Source: Squalus acanthias
Taxonomy: Eukaryota
Direction: 5' to 3'
Assembly: GCA_030390025.1 (NCBI GenBank)
Contig: CM059435.1
Span: 97,774,001-97,838,000 of the forward strand
Length of the DNA stretch: 64,000 nucleotides
Part shown: piece by piece, positions 37,793-51,559 of the stretch
Layout of the letters: each line of letters opens with the position of its first letter
Numbering within the stretch: the stretch's first letter is position 1
Made by a program: the position numbers and the translations under genes
The notes under the pieces: model-generated
Databases searched by the model: none
Told to the model about the DNA's origin: nothing
What the model saw: only the letters and a program-made list of their open reading frames with translations

Positions 37793-38683
37793 GGGGGAAA
37801 GATTCAGTTGGTTGTGCCTCCCGTTAGCGCCTTAAGAGGGCGCTAATGGGGCGCAAAGCATCTAGCGCCCAGGCGCGGCGAAGTTTGCGTCGCTCGCGAA
37901 ATTAACTAGACATTTTGCGGCGGCGCTAAACACTACCGCCACGATCTCCTGCGCTGGCAGATCGTGACGTCAGTCGAGTGCGCAACGCCCCGGTATCGCC
38001 CCAGAGCGGATATTGAGTGGCGCCCCCTGCCTTACCGCCTGACGCTAGCAACGACAGTTTGAGTGGAGCGTTCTGCAGTCATGAAGGGAAAGGGGGAGCG
38101 CTATTTAAAGGTGACCACTTCCTGCCTTTTATTGTTGGTGCCATTTTTGAACTACGCATTCTGAGAGAGAGAGAGAGACTTCTGGAGAGTTTCAACGTTG
38201 TGTGAAGGAGTTTTGGGTACTGAGCAGCACTTTGCAGGTTCATTTTGATTTGCCATTCCTTGTATCGATTTAGAAGAGACTGTGGGGGCTGCACTCTGAG
38301 CTCTTTGCCTGGTACTCTCCATTGTTCTTTCCAGCAGATTTGATGTGCAGGTCTCTCCAGGCCGAGATTCAAGGCTGCAATGAGCAGGATGTGGATGGAA
38401 AGCAAGATTAACCATCCCCTTTAAGAACTGGCCCGTGCCATTGTGTGTGTGTTCCATTGCTGACTGACATTACATGAGCTTCGCCAGTGCTCTGAGGTAG
38501 CGCGTCGCTCCTCGGCCTTTGCGCCTTAAGACAGGTGTGAAGCGCCTGATTTAGCGCTCCAATCACCTCCAGGGGCGATAAAAGTCAAGTTTGCAGTCGG
38601 TGGCGATAATTAGCGCCAGGCGCTAATCTTTGCGCCCGGCCGATAATTGCGCCCCAAATGGGGCGATACTGAATTTCTCCCCC
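37793..38683 (-). mobile_element. Harbinger MITE (891 bp), inverted relative of 36286-37161
   Basis: TIR GGGGGAAAGATTC / GAATTTCTCCCCC; TSD TAT (37790-92, 38684-86). Confidence 0.95.
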
Positions 38684-38686
38684 TAT

Positions 38687-39090
38687 ATCTCTTTAGATTC
38701 AATTCTATCCTCACCTCTTTATTTATCAGTGGCACCTCATTCTTGGCTAGTTTGTTCTTATATTTTAGTGGAATATATTTCTCCTGAACTCTATTAATTT
38801 CTACTTTAAATATTGCCCACTGTTATTCTACTTCTTTGTCTGTCAATATTTTTCTCCAGCTTATCTTCCTTAACTGCATCCTCGTTCCCTCATAGGTGGC
38901 TTTTTTCCCAAACTATTACTTTGGTCTTTATCCTATCTGTACCTCTCTCAATGATCATCTTAAACCTCTTTATATTGTAATCACTACTTCCTAGGTACCT
39001 TCCCACGCATACTTCTCTTATCTGCTCCGGTTCACTTGCCATTACTAGGGCTAACAGCACTTCATTCCTTATGGGGCTTCTTACAAATTG
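38687..39090 (-). mobile_element. Old CR1, right part of the element interrupted at 34545
   Basis: Minus strand reads GSSDYNIKRFKM...PLINKEVRIELNLK, which would continue into KKAYRKY at ~34540. Confidence 0.75.
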
Positions 39091-41734
39091 GGTTTAAAAG
39101 GAGCCTTGTACACACTGTCAAAACCCAATTCCCCTTCTCCCTTCTCACTCCCTTCCCCTGCCAGTTTATTGGTCCACGAATATTGCGTTGAGTTGCTGCG
39201 ACAAGCGTAGGACCCCAATTGAAATATTTAAATGAGGTTCCCGCGCTGGCTGGCATTTTGAGATCCGCTTGAAAATTGAGTTGGGCAAGCCTCAAGCGGC
39301 CAGTGGGCGGGTCTCTTTTTAAAATAAAAATTGCTTGCCTTTCACCCTGTTTTACAGCGTAAATGGAGCAGTAGGGATACATAAATCAGCCCCCGTGAGA
39401 TAGTTGCACTGCAACACCATAACATTCTTCTTAATTGAAACAGCTGATTAATGACCTTTTACTCCACATGTTGGTTTTTAACAGTATAAATTTCAAGTTA
39501 GGTTATTTCAACTTAACTTCAACTCATAACACTCAAAAATACAATGAGACAGTGACAGATTAATAGAAACTGTTGTCATAGCAACACTGAAGCACTCAAT
39601 GTTCTGCCTTAACACAGTTTGTTGACCCAAGGAAAAAAAATAGATTTGCTCTAGATCTTGTCTGAGGTCCCTGTTTGAAGCTGTAAACTAGAAAAATAAG
39701 TGGAACCTTAAAATGTCAAAGATATGAATCGAAGATTGAGTGAAAATGGTAATTTTTTTAAGTGGCTGTAACTCCTGTGGTGCCCTCAGCAGAATTGAAG
39801 AGTAGCAGAAGTTAGCATCCTTCTGCTAATTTATCATGAAGTCACAATTGGTGTATAAGGTAGCAATATCCTTATTTGCAGGTGTTAATACACCTTATAC
39901 AATTATGCAGGGCTAAGTCCAAGCAAGACTACTGCAAATTCCAATTTGCTGCATCTAACTTATCAACACTGGTATGTTTAGGACACACAACCAGAAATTC
40001 GTTGGAATAATTCAACCATCTCAACAGAGTAGAATGTATAAAAACAAACAATAATGAACATAACATAACATGATGTGCTGGAGGTGGTAGAAACACAGAA
40101 TAGAAATAGCAAAAACAACGACATCTTGCTGCAGCAGAATCGTACTCATGCAGTTAATTACATTTAAAGATGCTTTCTTTGCCATGAGACCAGCAAGAGC
40201 AATCACAGAGATGTTATCTTTAGAAAACTCCACTGCCTCTATCCCTGAGGCCATAATCATCTCAAAGGAGGGCAGTGACGAGGCACAAGAGAATTTAAAA
40301 TCCTTGCGCAGGGAGAAACCAATGTACAGCTTCTGAAACTATACCACCCAGGGAACAAGAGTCCACTGTGTTACTGATCAGCAGGAAGACTCATCATCAG
40401 TCACCCAATCCTCCACAGGCCCTTCTCCCGATATATCATACAAACAACAAGGTTTTCAACAACGGGGCAGGTTAAAACATCAACTACAAATGATAGATGC
40501 TGGCCTTTCAACACATTCACCACTATCCCAGAGCTTGATTAAAAAAAAAAAAATCTGCTTTATTAAAACATTAGCAACACCTATAGCAGTGTGCCGAGTC
40601 TGGTTACATCCAGATGCTAATCTGGCCGCAATGCGTAATATTATGCATTTGGATTAGCTACAGATACCAGAGGAGATTATCATGCCAGTCAATCTGCTCA
40701 TCATACTGGTACAAAATCAGCATTGCTCTTCCACATTGCTCCAGCATCTTGCTGCTCATCTGAAAGGCTTACTGTGGAGCTTCTGTGTCCAAAATGTAGT
40801 TCTCCTGTGGCGAGTGATCCAGCTTGGAGTGGTGTGCTGAAACTTCCTTCTTTCCCTGCAGGCTTGAAATGCCTTGAATGAAATGAAAAAACGACCCATA
40901 ATTTAGCAGTAATTGGCAGTCTTTTTCAGACAGGCTACGAGGATAGTTCATCAGAACACAAGTGTCACTGTACCTCTAACCCATGCTATACCTGACCTAG
41001 TGTGCTTTGATGCTAACTCTGGGTTCAAACAGTCAGAATATGCTCTTTCCCAAGTCCTTATATTCTTTATTTTGGCAGGCACAGAGTACACTAACACTTA
41101 AACCACTTCCACCAATTGAAACTGCTGAAGTTACTGTATCCTGTGCACTTTATAAAATGATTATTCAACATTGCTGTCCGCAATAACACTTTTATTTTTA
41201 GGGGCGGATGAGTGAAAGGGTTTGTTGCACTCTTCTAATTATGATTATTGCAACACTTGAGAAACATAGTACAAATGTTATATAACCAAGCCTTTATAGT
41301 GCTAATTTGTAACTTACAACAAAATAAAAATATAGTGATACCCCATATTGTTCATTTTATAGCAATAAGAAACATTCACTCATAGTCCCATTTCCACATC
41401 AGCCCATATATACAGTGATCAATGGTATAATTGATTTTTATCTTGTGGACATTTAGCATATTCACTATCATGTGATGTGATCATTTACTGCACTGAAATA
41501 AATGATTCATTACAGTTCATTAACACTTGTGGCTTTCAATGCACAATGCTTCAGTGGAGTATTATACTTATACCATAAATGTATTTCAGATTGGTTTAAT
41601 TTTCTAATTTGTTGCAAAATTATTGTTCAAATCATGTTATAGGCAAGAGCAAGGCAAAGGTGAGGCCTTTTTTAGGGAAGGCAGAGCAGTCTGTGTCATT
41701 GTGTAACACAGGTTGAATGTGAGATTGTATTTGA

Positions 41735-42265
41735 ACAGCAACAACTAGCCTTTATATAGCGCCTTTAACGTAGCAAAATGTCTCAAGGCACTTCACAGGA
41801 GCGTTATCAAACAAAATTTGATACCGAGCCACATAAGGAGATATTAGGATAGATGACCAAAAGCTTAGTCAAAGATGTAGGTTTTAAGGAGCATCTTAAA
41901 GGAAGAGAGAGAGGTAGAGGGGAGGAAAGGTTTAGGGAAGGAATTCCAGAGCTTAGGGCCTAAGTGGCTGAAGGCATGGCCGCCAATGGTGGAGCGATTA
42001 AAATCAGGGATGCACAAGAGGCCATAATTGGAGGAGCGTAGAGATCTCGGAGGGTTGTTGGGCTGGAGGAGGTTAAAGAGATAGGGAGGGGTGAAGCCAT
42101 GGAGGGATTTGAAAACAAGGATGAGAATTTTAAAATTGAGGCTTTGCCGGACTGTGAGCCAATGTAGGTCAGTTTGCACATGGTTGATGGGTGAATTGGA
42201 CTTGGTGCGAGTTAGGATACGGGCAGCAGAGTTTTGGATGAGCTCAAGTTCATGGAGAGTGGAAG
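41735..42265 (-). mobile_element. L2 3' fragment
   Basis: IQNSAARILT...DLHWLTV...FKMLLKTYIF; L2 tail. Confidence 0.9.
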
Positions 42266-44029
42266 ATGAAAATGAGTGAAAGACGAAAATAGAAATGAAC
42301 CCAGCTCCTGCTCCCATGTAAGATTTATTGTCTGATTATGTATGATAGTGAAAAGTGCAATAGATAAGTTATATTTGCAACGAAGTGTTGCAGAGCTACC
42401 TGATTTTTGGTTATCTGCGCTTGTATAGAATCAACAGCTAGCAACCCCTAACTGCACAGGTCACAGCCAGCAAGGAAGAGAAAAGAGCATCTGCAGGTTG
42501 GTGCCTTGTCTTGCGTTACACCTTTCATTACACATCTATACAAAACAAAAGTATGACACCTCTTCATATTTATGATGTAGTGTACCCATCTAATCAGTCT
42601 TGCAAAACAATGTAAATCAGGTGTGATACAAATATTTAAAAATGATTTGCATGAAACTGAAATAATCAGTTTCATTTAGTATACTTCTGCAATATTAGTT
42701 CAATGATATAACTTTTTTCAACTAGTGAAAGGCCATTTGTGAGGCTCAGATTCTAGAATCACTTGAATATATACATCAAAATGATTTACTGGCTTCATTT
42801 GTTCTTAATGATAATCTTATGAATGCATTTTAAAATGGCTTCTGGCACAGATTTCTGATGAATGTTTTTGGCAAGGCAGAAAGCATGATAAAAAGATGTG
42901 ACTGGAATAATCTCTAGGATTAAGGGGAAACTAGTTCTTCTTCCTTCATTATCCTGCAGATCCCATAAGTAAATCGGGCAGATTAATGAGAGAATTGACA
43001 AATTATGCCAGCCTATTTTAATTTAAGCTACCCAATTCTCTTTCCTTTGCCCTATATAGGGAGCCCTCAAGTGGTAATCTTTGGTTCTTTTTCTCCTGTT
43101 GTTAGCATCAGTAGCAGTTGCTTGTTTGCTTGTTTGAATAAGGAAAAACTTCTAGACAAAATGTAGGGTTTTTTTTCATACCAAGGTCTTGTGAATTACA
43201 GTATTTTCATTACAGCACATTTCAATTTTAACTAAACGTTTTAAATCAAATTTAATTGGTCAGTGTCAGATCCTAACTTCAAAATTAACTATAACTACTG
43301 CATCTAGCAATTATAATGAATCACTCTGATTATTTCACAAATTATGACTTAAGATTGCATACTTTCTACCAATGTTATCAAAGATTTTTTGTTTTAAAAG
43401 ATCCAGTGGTCAATCCCATGATGGCTGAATGATGAGTCCTTGGTACAAATTGGCTCACACAACCTTCTGTTCCCACTTCTTTGAAGGTAATCTGACCACG
43501 AAAATTGAGGAGGACTTAACCCAAGTGCTTTTCCCCTATCCAATTTAGCATCACATGAATGTTTTCCTTGGCACTGAATACAGTTATTAAAAAGTCCCTT
43601 TGTTTAGTTTTCTTTGTAAATACTTTATTTAACTGAATACCCCCTTTCATTTTGTTGCGGTGCATTGCTTCTTATCATGATGTACTTGAAATGTGGTTCT
43701 TGAAAGGACTGAAACTGGAACCCAGGGAAAGTCATACAGTATTTGAGAGAGAAAATCATTGTGTACCAGCCAAAATATATCTGAAAGGAATAAATGGTAT
43801 GGCATGGCTAGGTTGGCTATGTGCCCTATCATTGGTAGTAACATTCATGCAGTAGCCTTCAGTCAAAGAATGATGAAATCTACACTTAATCATCTACCTT
43901 CTCTTGAACTCCAAAAACATCACTTAAATGAAGAATATGAGATTTATTAAGTGCTTTCAGTTTTACCAAAACTTGCACTTCTACAGCACTTATCTATACA
44001 GAGAGAAATCGCTTAAAATTTTACAGGGT

Positions 44030-44495
44030 AATGGATAACAAGAGGACCCTGAGCAAGAGGTAGAAAGGGAAGAGGGACAAGAGCGAGCAAAAGCAGTCAA
44101 AAAGCAGAGTCTTGAAGAGGTTTTTGAAAGCTAGGAGGAAGATGTGAAGATGGAGATGTTGAGAAAGTTCCAAAGGACAGGTACACAATGGCTGAAGGAA
44201 CAGCAATCAAGTGACCTGGAGGAGCAGAGGGTGCATGCAGGCACATAATGCTCCAGGAGTTTGAAGCGGTAGGCAGGGATGAGGTGAGGGATTTGAAATG
44301 GAGGACAAGAATCTTTGTTTTCTGGGATATGGTAAGCTAGTGGTGCTTGGGAAAGACAGGTGTGATGGGGATGTGGGCCTTAGTGCAGATGAAAACATGA
44401 GCCAAGGCATTTTTGATGACTTGCCGTTTATGGGTGGTGGATGCAAGTAGACTAGCTAGGATAGCATTGGACAAGTCCAGCCACGAGGTGGTAAC
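44030..44495 (-). mobile_element. Very old L2 fragment
   Basis: Degenerate FKNLFKTLLFD; nucleotide similarity to the younger L2 copies. Confidence 0.55.
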
Positions 44496-44553
44496 ATTAA
44501 TCCAAAGCTTGACTTATGAATTGTAGTGAAGAATAATCAATATCACTTATAAA

Positions 44554-44862
44554 GGGCAACACGGTGGCATAGTGGTTAGCACTGTTGCCTTACAGCGCCA
44601 GGGACCCGGGTTCGAACCCGGCCTCGGGTGACTGTCTGTGTGGAGTTTGCACATTCTCCCCGTGTCTGCGTGGGTTTCCTCCGGGTGCTCCGGTTTCCTC
44701 CCACAGTCCAAAGATGTGCGGGTTAGGTTGATTTGGCTATGATAAATTGACCCTTAGTGTTAGGGGGGATTAAATACGGGGATAGGGTGGGATATGTGTC
44801 GGTGCAGGCTCGATGGGCCGAAATGGCCTCTATCTGCACTGTGGGGATTCTGTGATTCTGTG
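44554..44862 (+). mobile_element. tRNA-derived V-SINE (HE1-type) with CR1-derived tail, apparently full length
   Basis: A-box TGGCATAGTGG; B-box GGTTCGAACCC; V-domain GGAGTTTGCACATTCTCCCCGTG...GGGTTTCCTCCGGGTGCTCCGGTTTCCTCCCAC; tail GATGGGCCGAAATGGCCTC plus GATTCTGT repeats; possible TSD ATAAAG. Confidence 0.92.
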
Positions 44863-47800
44863 ATAAAGACTAACATATCATCTATAATGGAAATAATTAT
44901 TTAACTGGACTTATATTCTAGTTGACCCCAAGATTGTGCAGCTTCTAATCAAGAAATACAGTTATTCCTGTATTTGGAATGAGCAACTGTTGAAAAAAAC
45001 ATCCAGACTACAAAGACACTTTCTCACAACATGGTATGCAATCCCTCTTATTAGAATAAATGGCACAGTAAGACAGCTGGTCTCATGAATTCAGCAATTA
45101 GCTGCAGGTGGAAGAGGCTGACAGAGTAATGTGTTGGACCTGTTGTGTCTACCTGAAAAGTAAATGCATGTCAACTATTCTGTGGAATACAGAAATTAGT
45201 CTTTAGATTGCCGCTCAATGCCACTTAGTTTGAATTCCCAGAGCTGGACAGTCTCAAGCTAGAAAATGAATCTGCTGCAGAACATGTTACAGATTTTTTT
45301 TTGAAACATATACACAAGAGACCAAATAATGGCTGAATATAACATTTTCCTTGGTTTAACATTTGAAAACAAATGAGCTAAATAACATTTTCATCTGTTA
45401 TATATGAAGTGGGTTTTTGAATGCCATTATACAGTAATAAGGAGGTGCTTATTGTTTTTTTGCTTATTAGAGGTTTAGGCAGATGATACTCGGAGAGCCT
45501 CACTGAGGAATGAAAAGTAGCTGCGTGGCCACAAGGTAATTATGTAAAATATAGCCCATGGGTTTTGCACATTTGCAAAGTTAATTCAACCTCGTGGAAG
45601 GGTGTAGACAACCTAAATTGTATAGCCAATGTAAGCTACTATATTCACTAACTGTAGTGTTGATACTAACCCAATATTAATCATAGCATTCTCTCCCAAT
45701 TGCACTCACACATTTCTTTTCATTAAAATTGACATACAGAGGAAAATATACCATGAAGAAAATATTCTGTGATTTCTTCATTTTGAATAATTGCTTTTCA
45801 ATACTGCCATTTATTAGCTGCTCGCTCACTGCTTGTGGCAGAGGCAAATAGCCTGGACATTTGAGTGATACGGAACACACCTGAAATGCTTTCCGCCTGA
45901 CCTGACGCAACCCTCCTGAATTTCTGGGTTTAGATGATTATCCTAAGGCAGACCCTTCCCGGCACAGACGCAACCCTTGGCAAGGACTTGCACCTGGAAT
46001 CCAAGGTCGAAATCCAGGCCTGCAGCAGTGCTACTGGCTGTCAGCTGTGGGGCATTCTGGTTGCTGTCCAAATATAGCAGCCAGGAAGCTCCAGATCCAA
46101 GAATGCAAAGGAAAAGTACTTGTCTTTTTCTGAACGCAGTGGGTCTGGGCACAGGGGCTAAGACCCACTTCAGGTAACCCTTCTGGCATTGGAGAAGGAA
46201 AATGAAGTGGGTTATGCCTCTCTTGGAGCACCACCGCACCCCAACCGAAAGGACGCGGACACCTGGATTATCTACCTGTGCCCAGGAATTGAGTATTCTC
46301 CAGGTACAAAAGGAGAGGAGAATCAGCCCTATTCAGGAATGACTGATGCTCATAAACAGACGAAGAGCTTCTGAAGGTTTCCGTGTGACCATTTAGCTAG
46401 GTTAAACTGGGAAAAATAAAAAGGAAAGCAAACTTCATTCATGATTTACCTAGATACTATCAGAAGAATAGCATCATGGAAATAACAGATAAAGTATAAT
46501 AATTTTGCCAAATGAAATAGGGCACACAACACTGCGTGTCAAATACTTTCACATGACAGAACATTAACATAATTGAGAATGAGAAGAAACATTTTTATTG
46601 CACTTCTCTATCTTTCCCTTTCATGTTTGTACACTTTTTTTATGAGTTTCCACTGCCAAAGGTAACCTTTCATCATGGTTGATTACAGTCCTTAATTTAA
46701 TACAAGTTCCGTTAAACCAGTGATTGGGAAACACAAAATACACTGAAAAAAATGCACCAGAAATATATATTAAGTTGTATATTAGAACATAGACAAGCAC
46801 ATAGCACTTAAAATGTGCATTGGTGCCACTTGTCACTACAAATAAAATATTAAAACTTACCAAATATCTTAATGCCCGACAAAAGCAAAGAAAGAAAGTA
46901 AAAGAGGAAAGGAGAAAAAGAAAGAAAACAAAACTTCGATTAACATGGCGCCTTTCACAACCTCAGGACATTCCAAATCACTTCACAACCAATGAAGTAG
47001 TTTTGAAGTGTAGACAAATGTGGCAGCTAACTTGTGCATAGCAAAGTCTCAGAAACACCAATAAGATAAATGACCAGATAATCTGTTTGATGGTGTTGGT
47101 TAAAAAGCATAGCTGAAACTTCATTGCAAACAACTCTGTACAATTACTGTTAAGAATAGATTTTACTAATTTCACAGACAGCTATATGTAGAGAAATGTA
47201 AAATATATTAAGTATTGTAGATCATTTCAAAATTATTGAGTAAATCCTGGATAAAACTTGTATCAAGACTGGGGAGGAAAATCCGGGTGGGCGAAATGAG
47301 GACACATCCCAATGTAATTTGCAGGGTTATGGGGAGGTTGCTTGATTTAAATATGTCGGGATTGGGGGCACATTTCTGGTGATGCCCGATCCCTTCCTAG
47401 ACCCCCAGAAAGAACTCTTAAGTGCCCCCTCTGTAAAGGAGCTGGATTAAAATTTTTAAAAGAAAAATGTACTCCTTTATCTTTGAGGGTCAAGGCCACA
47501 ATCCCGGCCGGACCCCCTGGTGAAGTCCACTACTACCATTTGGCAGATCAATATGCCTGGTCTCACCAGGTGTATCACCACCAATCCTACGCAGGGCACC
47601 TCTGAGAGCTAGGGACAAGGGAACTCCCAGTTTTGTGGCATATGACTAGACCCAAATAATGGGAATAATGCACCCTCCCGTATTTGGACAGGCTTAATAT
47701 ACGGCCAAGATTACTAATGGTAAAAAAAAAAGCCAGAAGTGGTAGAGATGAGCATGGAGCTGACAGAGCAGCTCATAAAGAATGTTCAGCGCACAGCTCT

Positions 47801-48854
47801 CGAGCCTGTGTTACTCCTGCAGAAAATCTTGCCTGCTGTGTTGGCGATCGTGGAGACATCTCTATTTATCAATCTAATCTCTCGCGTGGGTCAACATCCA
47901 AATGCTTCCCATAAATATAGCATGTCTCGCAAACATTAGTTGTGTGTAATATATATAAAATATGTATCAATATATTATACGGTACCAGTGTTCCCTTTTG
48001 CATTGCATACTGCAGGAAAAGAAAATTGCTGAGCTCTCCATGGTGCTGAAGTGCAGATTAGTGAGCTGCAATACTGTCAGACTCATCTCTTTGTACAGCG
48101 TGTTCAAGTCAAAGCATTCAAGGTTGTCATAGATTTATTAGGCAAATTAGCAAATTGAAAAAAATCTTGTTGTAGTGCAGTGTACAAATTGATAAATTTA
48201 ATGCTTCGATTGTTTGGATAGGAAGCTTTGTTTTAACTGAGTGGTCTTTTGGGGATATAATTGTCTCGGACAATATTGACCTGTTGTGGTAAGTAATGCT
48301 GTTTGTAAACTATTTTCAATACAAACAAAGTCCAATTTAGATCAGATATTATTACACAATGAATTATGGTTCACATGCTGTAATAATGGTGCCACTGGTG
48401 ACTACAAGTCATTTGTTAGGATACGTAAAGAGCTATCATTGCATCTGATTGAATGTTCTAACTGCAGTCATGTTGTGCTTGATCTTTTGTTTCATGAGAC
48501 AGGATTGAAGATGGATTGTAAGGTAAATGTAATGTATCTGGTATCTGATGACTGTTGTAAACTCTGAAGCATCTCTTTGCTTTAATTGTATTTGCAGACA
48601 GAGTCAATAAGAGGTTATGTTAAACATGGTATCTATATCAAGAGTCCGCAACTGAACTGAACCAAAATAAATTAAGTGAAACTCATTATGTCTGCTCACA
48701 GTTTCTAGGAAACTTCAAATTATTCAAGCTCTTTTCGACTGCATTTAGAAATGGAAATGAATAAAGTGACATCCAAACAAGTCTTAAAACTGAAGGTAGG
48801 CCAGTTTACTCAAAAAAAACCCCACTTTTTTAAAATTATTATTCATGATATAAC

Positions 48855-49442
48855 GGGGGGGGGGGGGTGATTTTCAACTGCTTCTCACCTGAAAAGTGGG
48901 CAACCAACGGTTGAAAATCGGGGATAGGCATCCCAGGCCACCCCACTGATGCCTAAGGGACCGCTGGTCTTTAAAGGGCAGAAATGTGGAGTTCTCCTCC
49001 TGGCCAATGTTTCCCCATATTTTTTTGGGTGCGCGGCCCATTCAAAGTTTGAAATTTCACATTGGAAAAGCCAGCCCCAGTCTGCGCAGAACCGGCAGAC
49101 AACTGCGCATCCACACAGCTTCGAGAGAACGTTGCTCCTAACTCCACAAAATTACTGTGGGCCGCTGCCAGCACATGCTCTAGGATCAGCCTCCTCCCGC
49201 CTCCGCCCATGCCTGACCTACCAGCCAGCTCAGCATAGGAACCAGATGATTTCCCACCTTCCCGCAACTGAAGAGCTGCTGTGGAGTGCTCACTTGGTGC
49301 CCGCAGCTCACCGTCAACATTCAGCTTCAGATCAGGCCCAAACCTGAAAATGGTTCGGGCGTCGCGACACCTGCTTTAGGTAGGCCGTGTGGCTGCTCTG
49401 CTGACTTCGTGTCCGTTTCGGAAGGAAGTCAAAAATCGCCCC
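48855..49442. mobile_element. Harbinger-type MITE with expanded terminal G-run
   Basis: GGGGTGATTTT / AAAATCGCCCC; TAAC on both flanks (48851-54, 49443-46). Confidence 0.75.
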
Positions 49443-50224
49443 TAACATCCTCTTGATTACTAACATTAAAACAGGTCCTCAGCAGCTCCATCAACTCTTT
49501 GTACGAAGCAAATTTTGTACGTTAGCAGAAAAAAATGAATGTCCACTTATTACGATAGGGCTATCATCCATAAAATTTTACTGACTGCTGAAAAGTATTA
49601 GTCATAATAAATGGCCTCTCATTGCCAATGAAGTTAGACAACAAAAGTGATAAAAATGGCAGCATAATTACAATATAATATTTTTAATTATTTACCAAAG
49701 TAAATTTCTTTTTTAAAGTGCTCTTCTCTCTTTGGGTGCAACATTCAGATCCTTGGTGACGATTTTTTCTCATGCTATGAGTGCTGTTTTGGCTCCAAAA
49801 TGGCGTCCGCACCACGCGCGTACACTTCTGGGGCAAACCGCGCCAGATGTCATATTGGTGAAGGCGTTAGTGCGCACATGCGTGCGCAGTGAACGTCCGC
49901 AGAAGTATGCAGAGTAGACAGATCATGATTTGACGCCAGTGGTGCCATTTTGGAATTCAGCGCTCCAGTTAACGCCCTCTCTTAACCTCACACAGCTGAA
50001 CAAGTGTTCAGCAGCAGGAAGGACACCCTACCAGCGCTATTTAAAGGGATCATCACCAACTTACAGGTTAGTTGCTGATTGATTTCTACTGGCTGTTGCT
50101 ACAATTCTACAAGTGTTTGGTGCTTTCTATAAAAGTTGCTAAAGTCTACAGTGAATGGTGTGGCAGGTGCTGAAGGACATTTTCCTGATTTCAAGGCTTC
50201 TGCACAAACCACTTGCTGCCAGAC

Positions 50225-51342
50225 ATGGGTGCGCTAGTAGGCATTTCCCTTGGAATACAGCATGACTTGGAGACTGAACAGAGGCCACGCAGAGCAGGAC
50301 AAGCTGCTGAAAGCGGGAGGAGGAGGAGAGGGCGAAGGGCTCTCAGCAGGAGGCCACATCCACCCAGGGTGTTCAGGGAGCAATTCTGCTAGGAACAATG
50401 TGTGAGATGTCTGCGCTTCAGTAAGGTCGTCGTCATTATAATCTTCCATCTGCTGCAGCCACAACTGCAACCTCAGAGCCGGCCAATGACCGCATCGTCA
50501 GTGGCTATGAAAGCGACCGTGACGATTAACTTTTATGCGTCTGATTCCTTCCAGGCTGGAGCTGGAGATATTTGCAACATCTCACAGTTTGCCGTCCATT
50601 GTTACGTAAGGGAGGTCACTGAGACTCTCTACTCCAAGAGAGCTGATTACATTTCATTCTCTCTTGCCAGAGACCCGCAGGCAGAGCAAGCACATGGCTT
50701 TGTTAGGATTGCAGGCTTCTCCATTGGGCAGGGTGTCATTGACTGCCTGCACATCGCTTTGCGGGCGCCTCATGTCAACTCTGCCATATAACAGAACTGA
50801 AAGGGATTCCATTCCCTCAACGTTCAGTTTGTATGCGACCATAGGCAGCGAATCATGCAGGTCAATGCCTGGTATCCTGGCCACAGTCTTGATGCCTTCA
50901 TTCTATGGCAGTCCGCTGTGCCAGCTGCATTTGAGCCACCTCGGCAAACCAATGGGTGGCTACTGGGCGACATGGGCTATCTGCTGACGACATGGCTCAT
51001 GACTCCGATGCGCAACCCACAGACACGTGGGCAGCATGCATACAATGTAAGCCACGCAGCCACACGAATTGTGATAGAGCAGATCATTGGCGTGCTGAAA
51101 CAACGCTTCCGTTGCCTGGAGGTGCCCTGCAGTACTCGGCAGAGTGGGTGTCAAAATTCGTGGTGGTTTGCTGCATGCTGCACAAACTCGCCTTCATGAG
51201 GGTACAGCCCTTGCCACCAGCTATACGGCGACTAGCTGAGGAACAAATGCATGAGGAGGAGGAGGAAGGGAGGAGGCCACCTAGACAGCCCCTTTCTGCC
51301 CGGGCTGTCCGTAATCAACTCATCCGAGTGCGATACGAGTAA
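50225..51342 (+). pseudogene. Harbinger (HARBI1-like) DDE transposase with stops and frameshifts
   Basis: NFYASDSFQ, GVIDCLHI, KGFHSLNVQFVCD, YPGHSLDAFI, WLLGDMGY, VIEQIIGVLKQRFRCL, CCMLHK. TATTTAAA box at ~50038. Confidence 0.93.
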
Positions 51343-51559
51343 CCGCCACCCCAATTCCCCATTCACCAACAGTCCCACACCTTCCCTTCCTCTGTCACTG
51401 ACCATTACAGCTTCGTCTTGGTCACAATGCAAAAATAAAAGCCACCACAAAATAAACATTCCAAACCAATTTTATAATTGAAATCATGCCATATTGCAGA
51501 CAAAAGTCAACTAATCACCCTTAGTGCCTGTCTTCCGTGTGCCTTTGCCTGTCCTAATA

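Noticed and set aside
44554-44625. tRNA gene
   Set aside because: It is the head of a V-SINE.
45471-45535. + strand exon with good splice signals (ttattag| ... AAG|GTAATT)
   Set aside because: Stops in all three frames; no support as a coding exon.
46900-48000. Further MITE-like and L2-like scraps (also ~9050-9720, 24880-25360, 39150-39395, 54060-54180, 54890-55500, 56910-57270)
   Set aside because: GC-rich with TIR-like words, but paired ends and TSDs could not be established by eye.
50225-51342. Domesticated HARBI1 gene
   Set aside because: Multiple stops and frameshifts, TIR-like ends and an adjacent Myb gene indicate a dead transposon copy.
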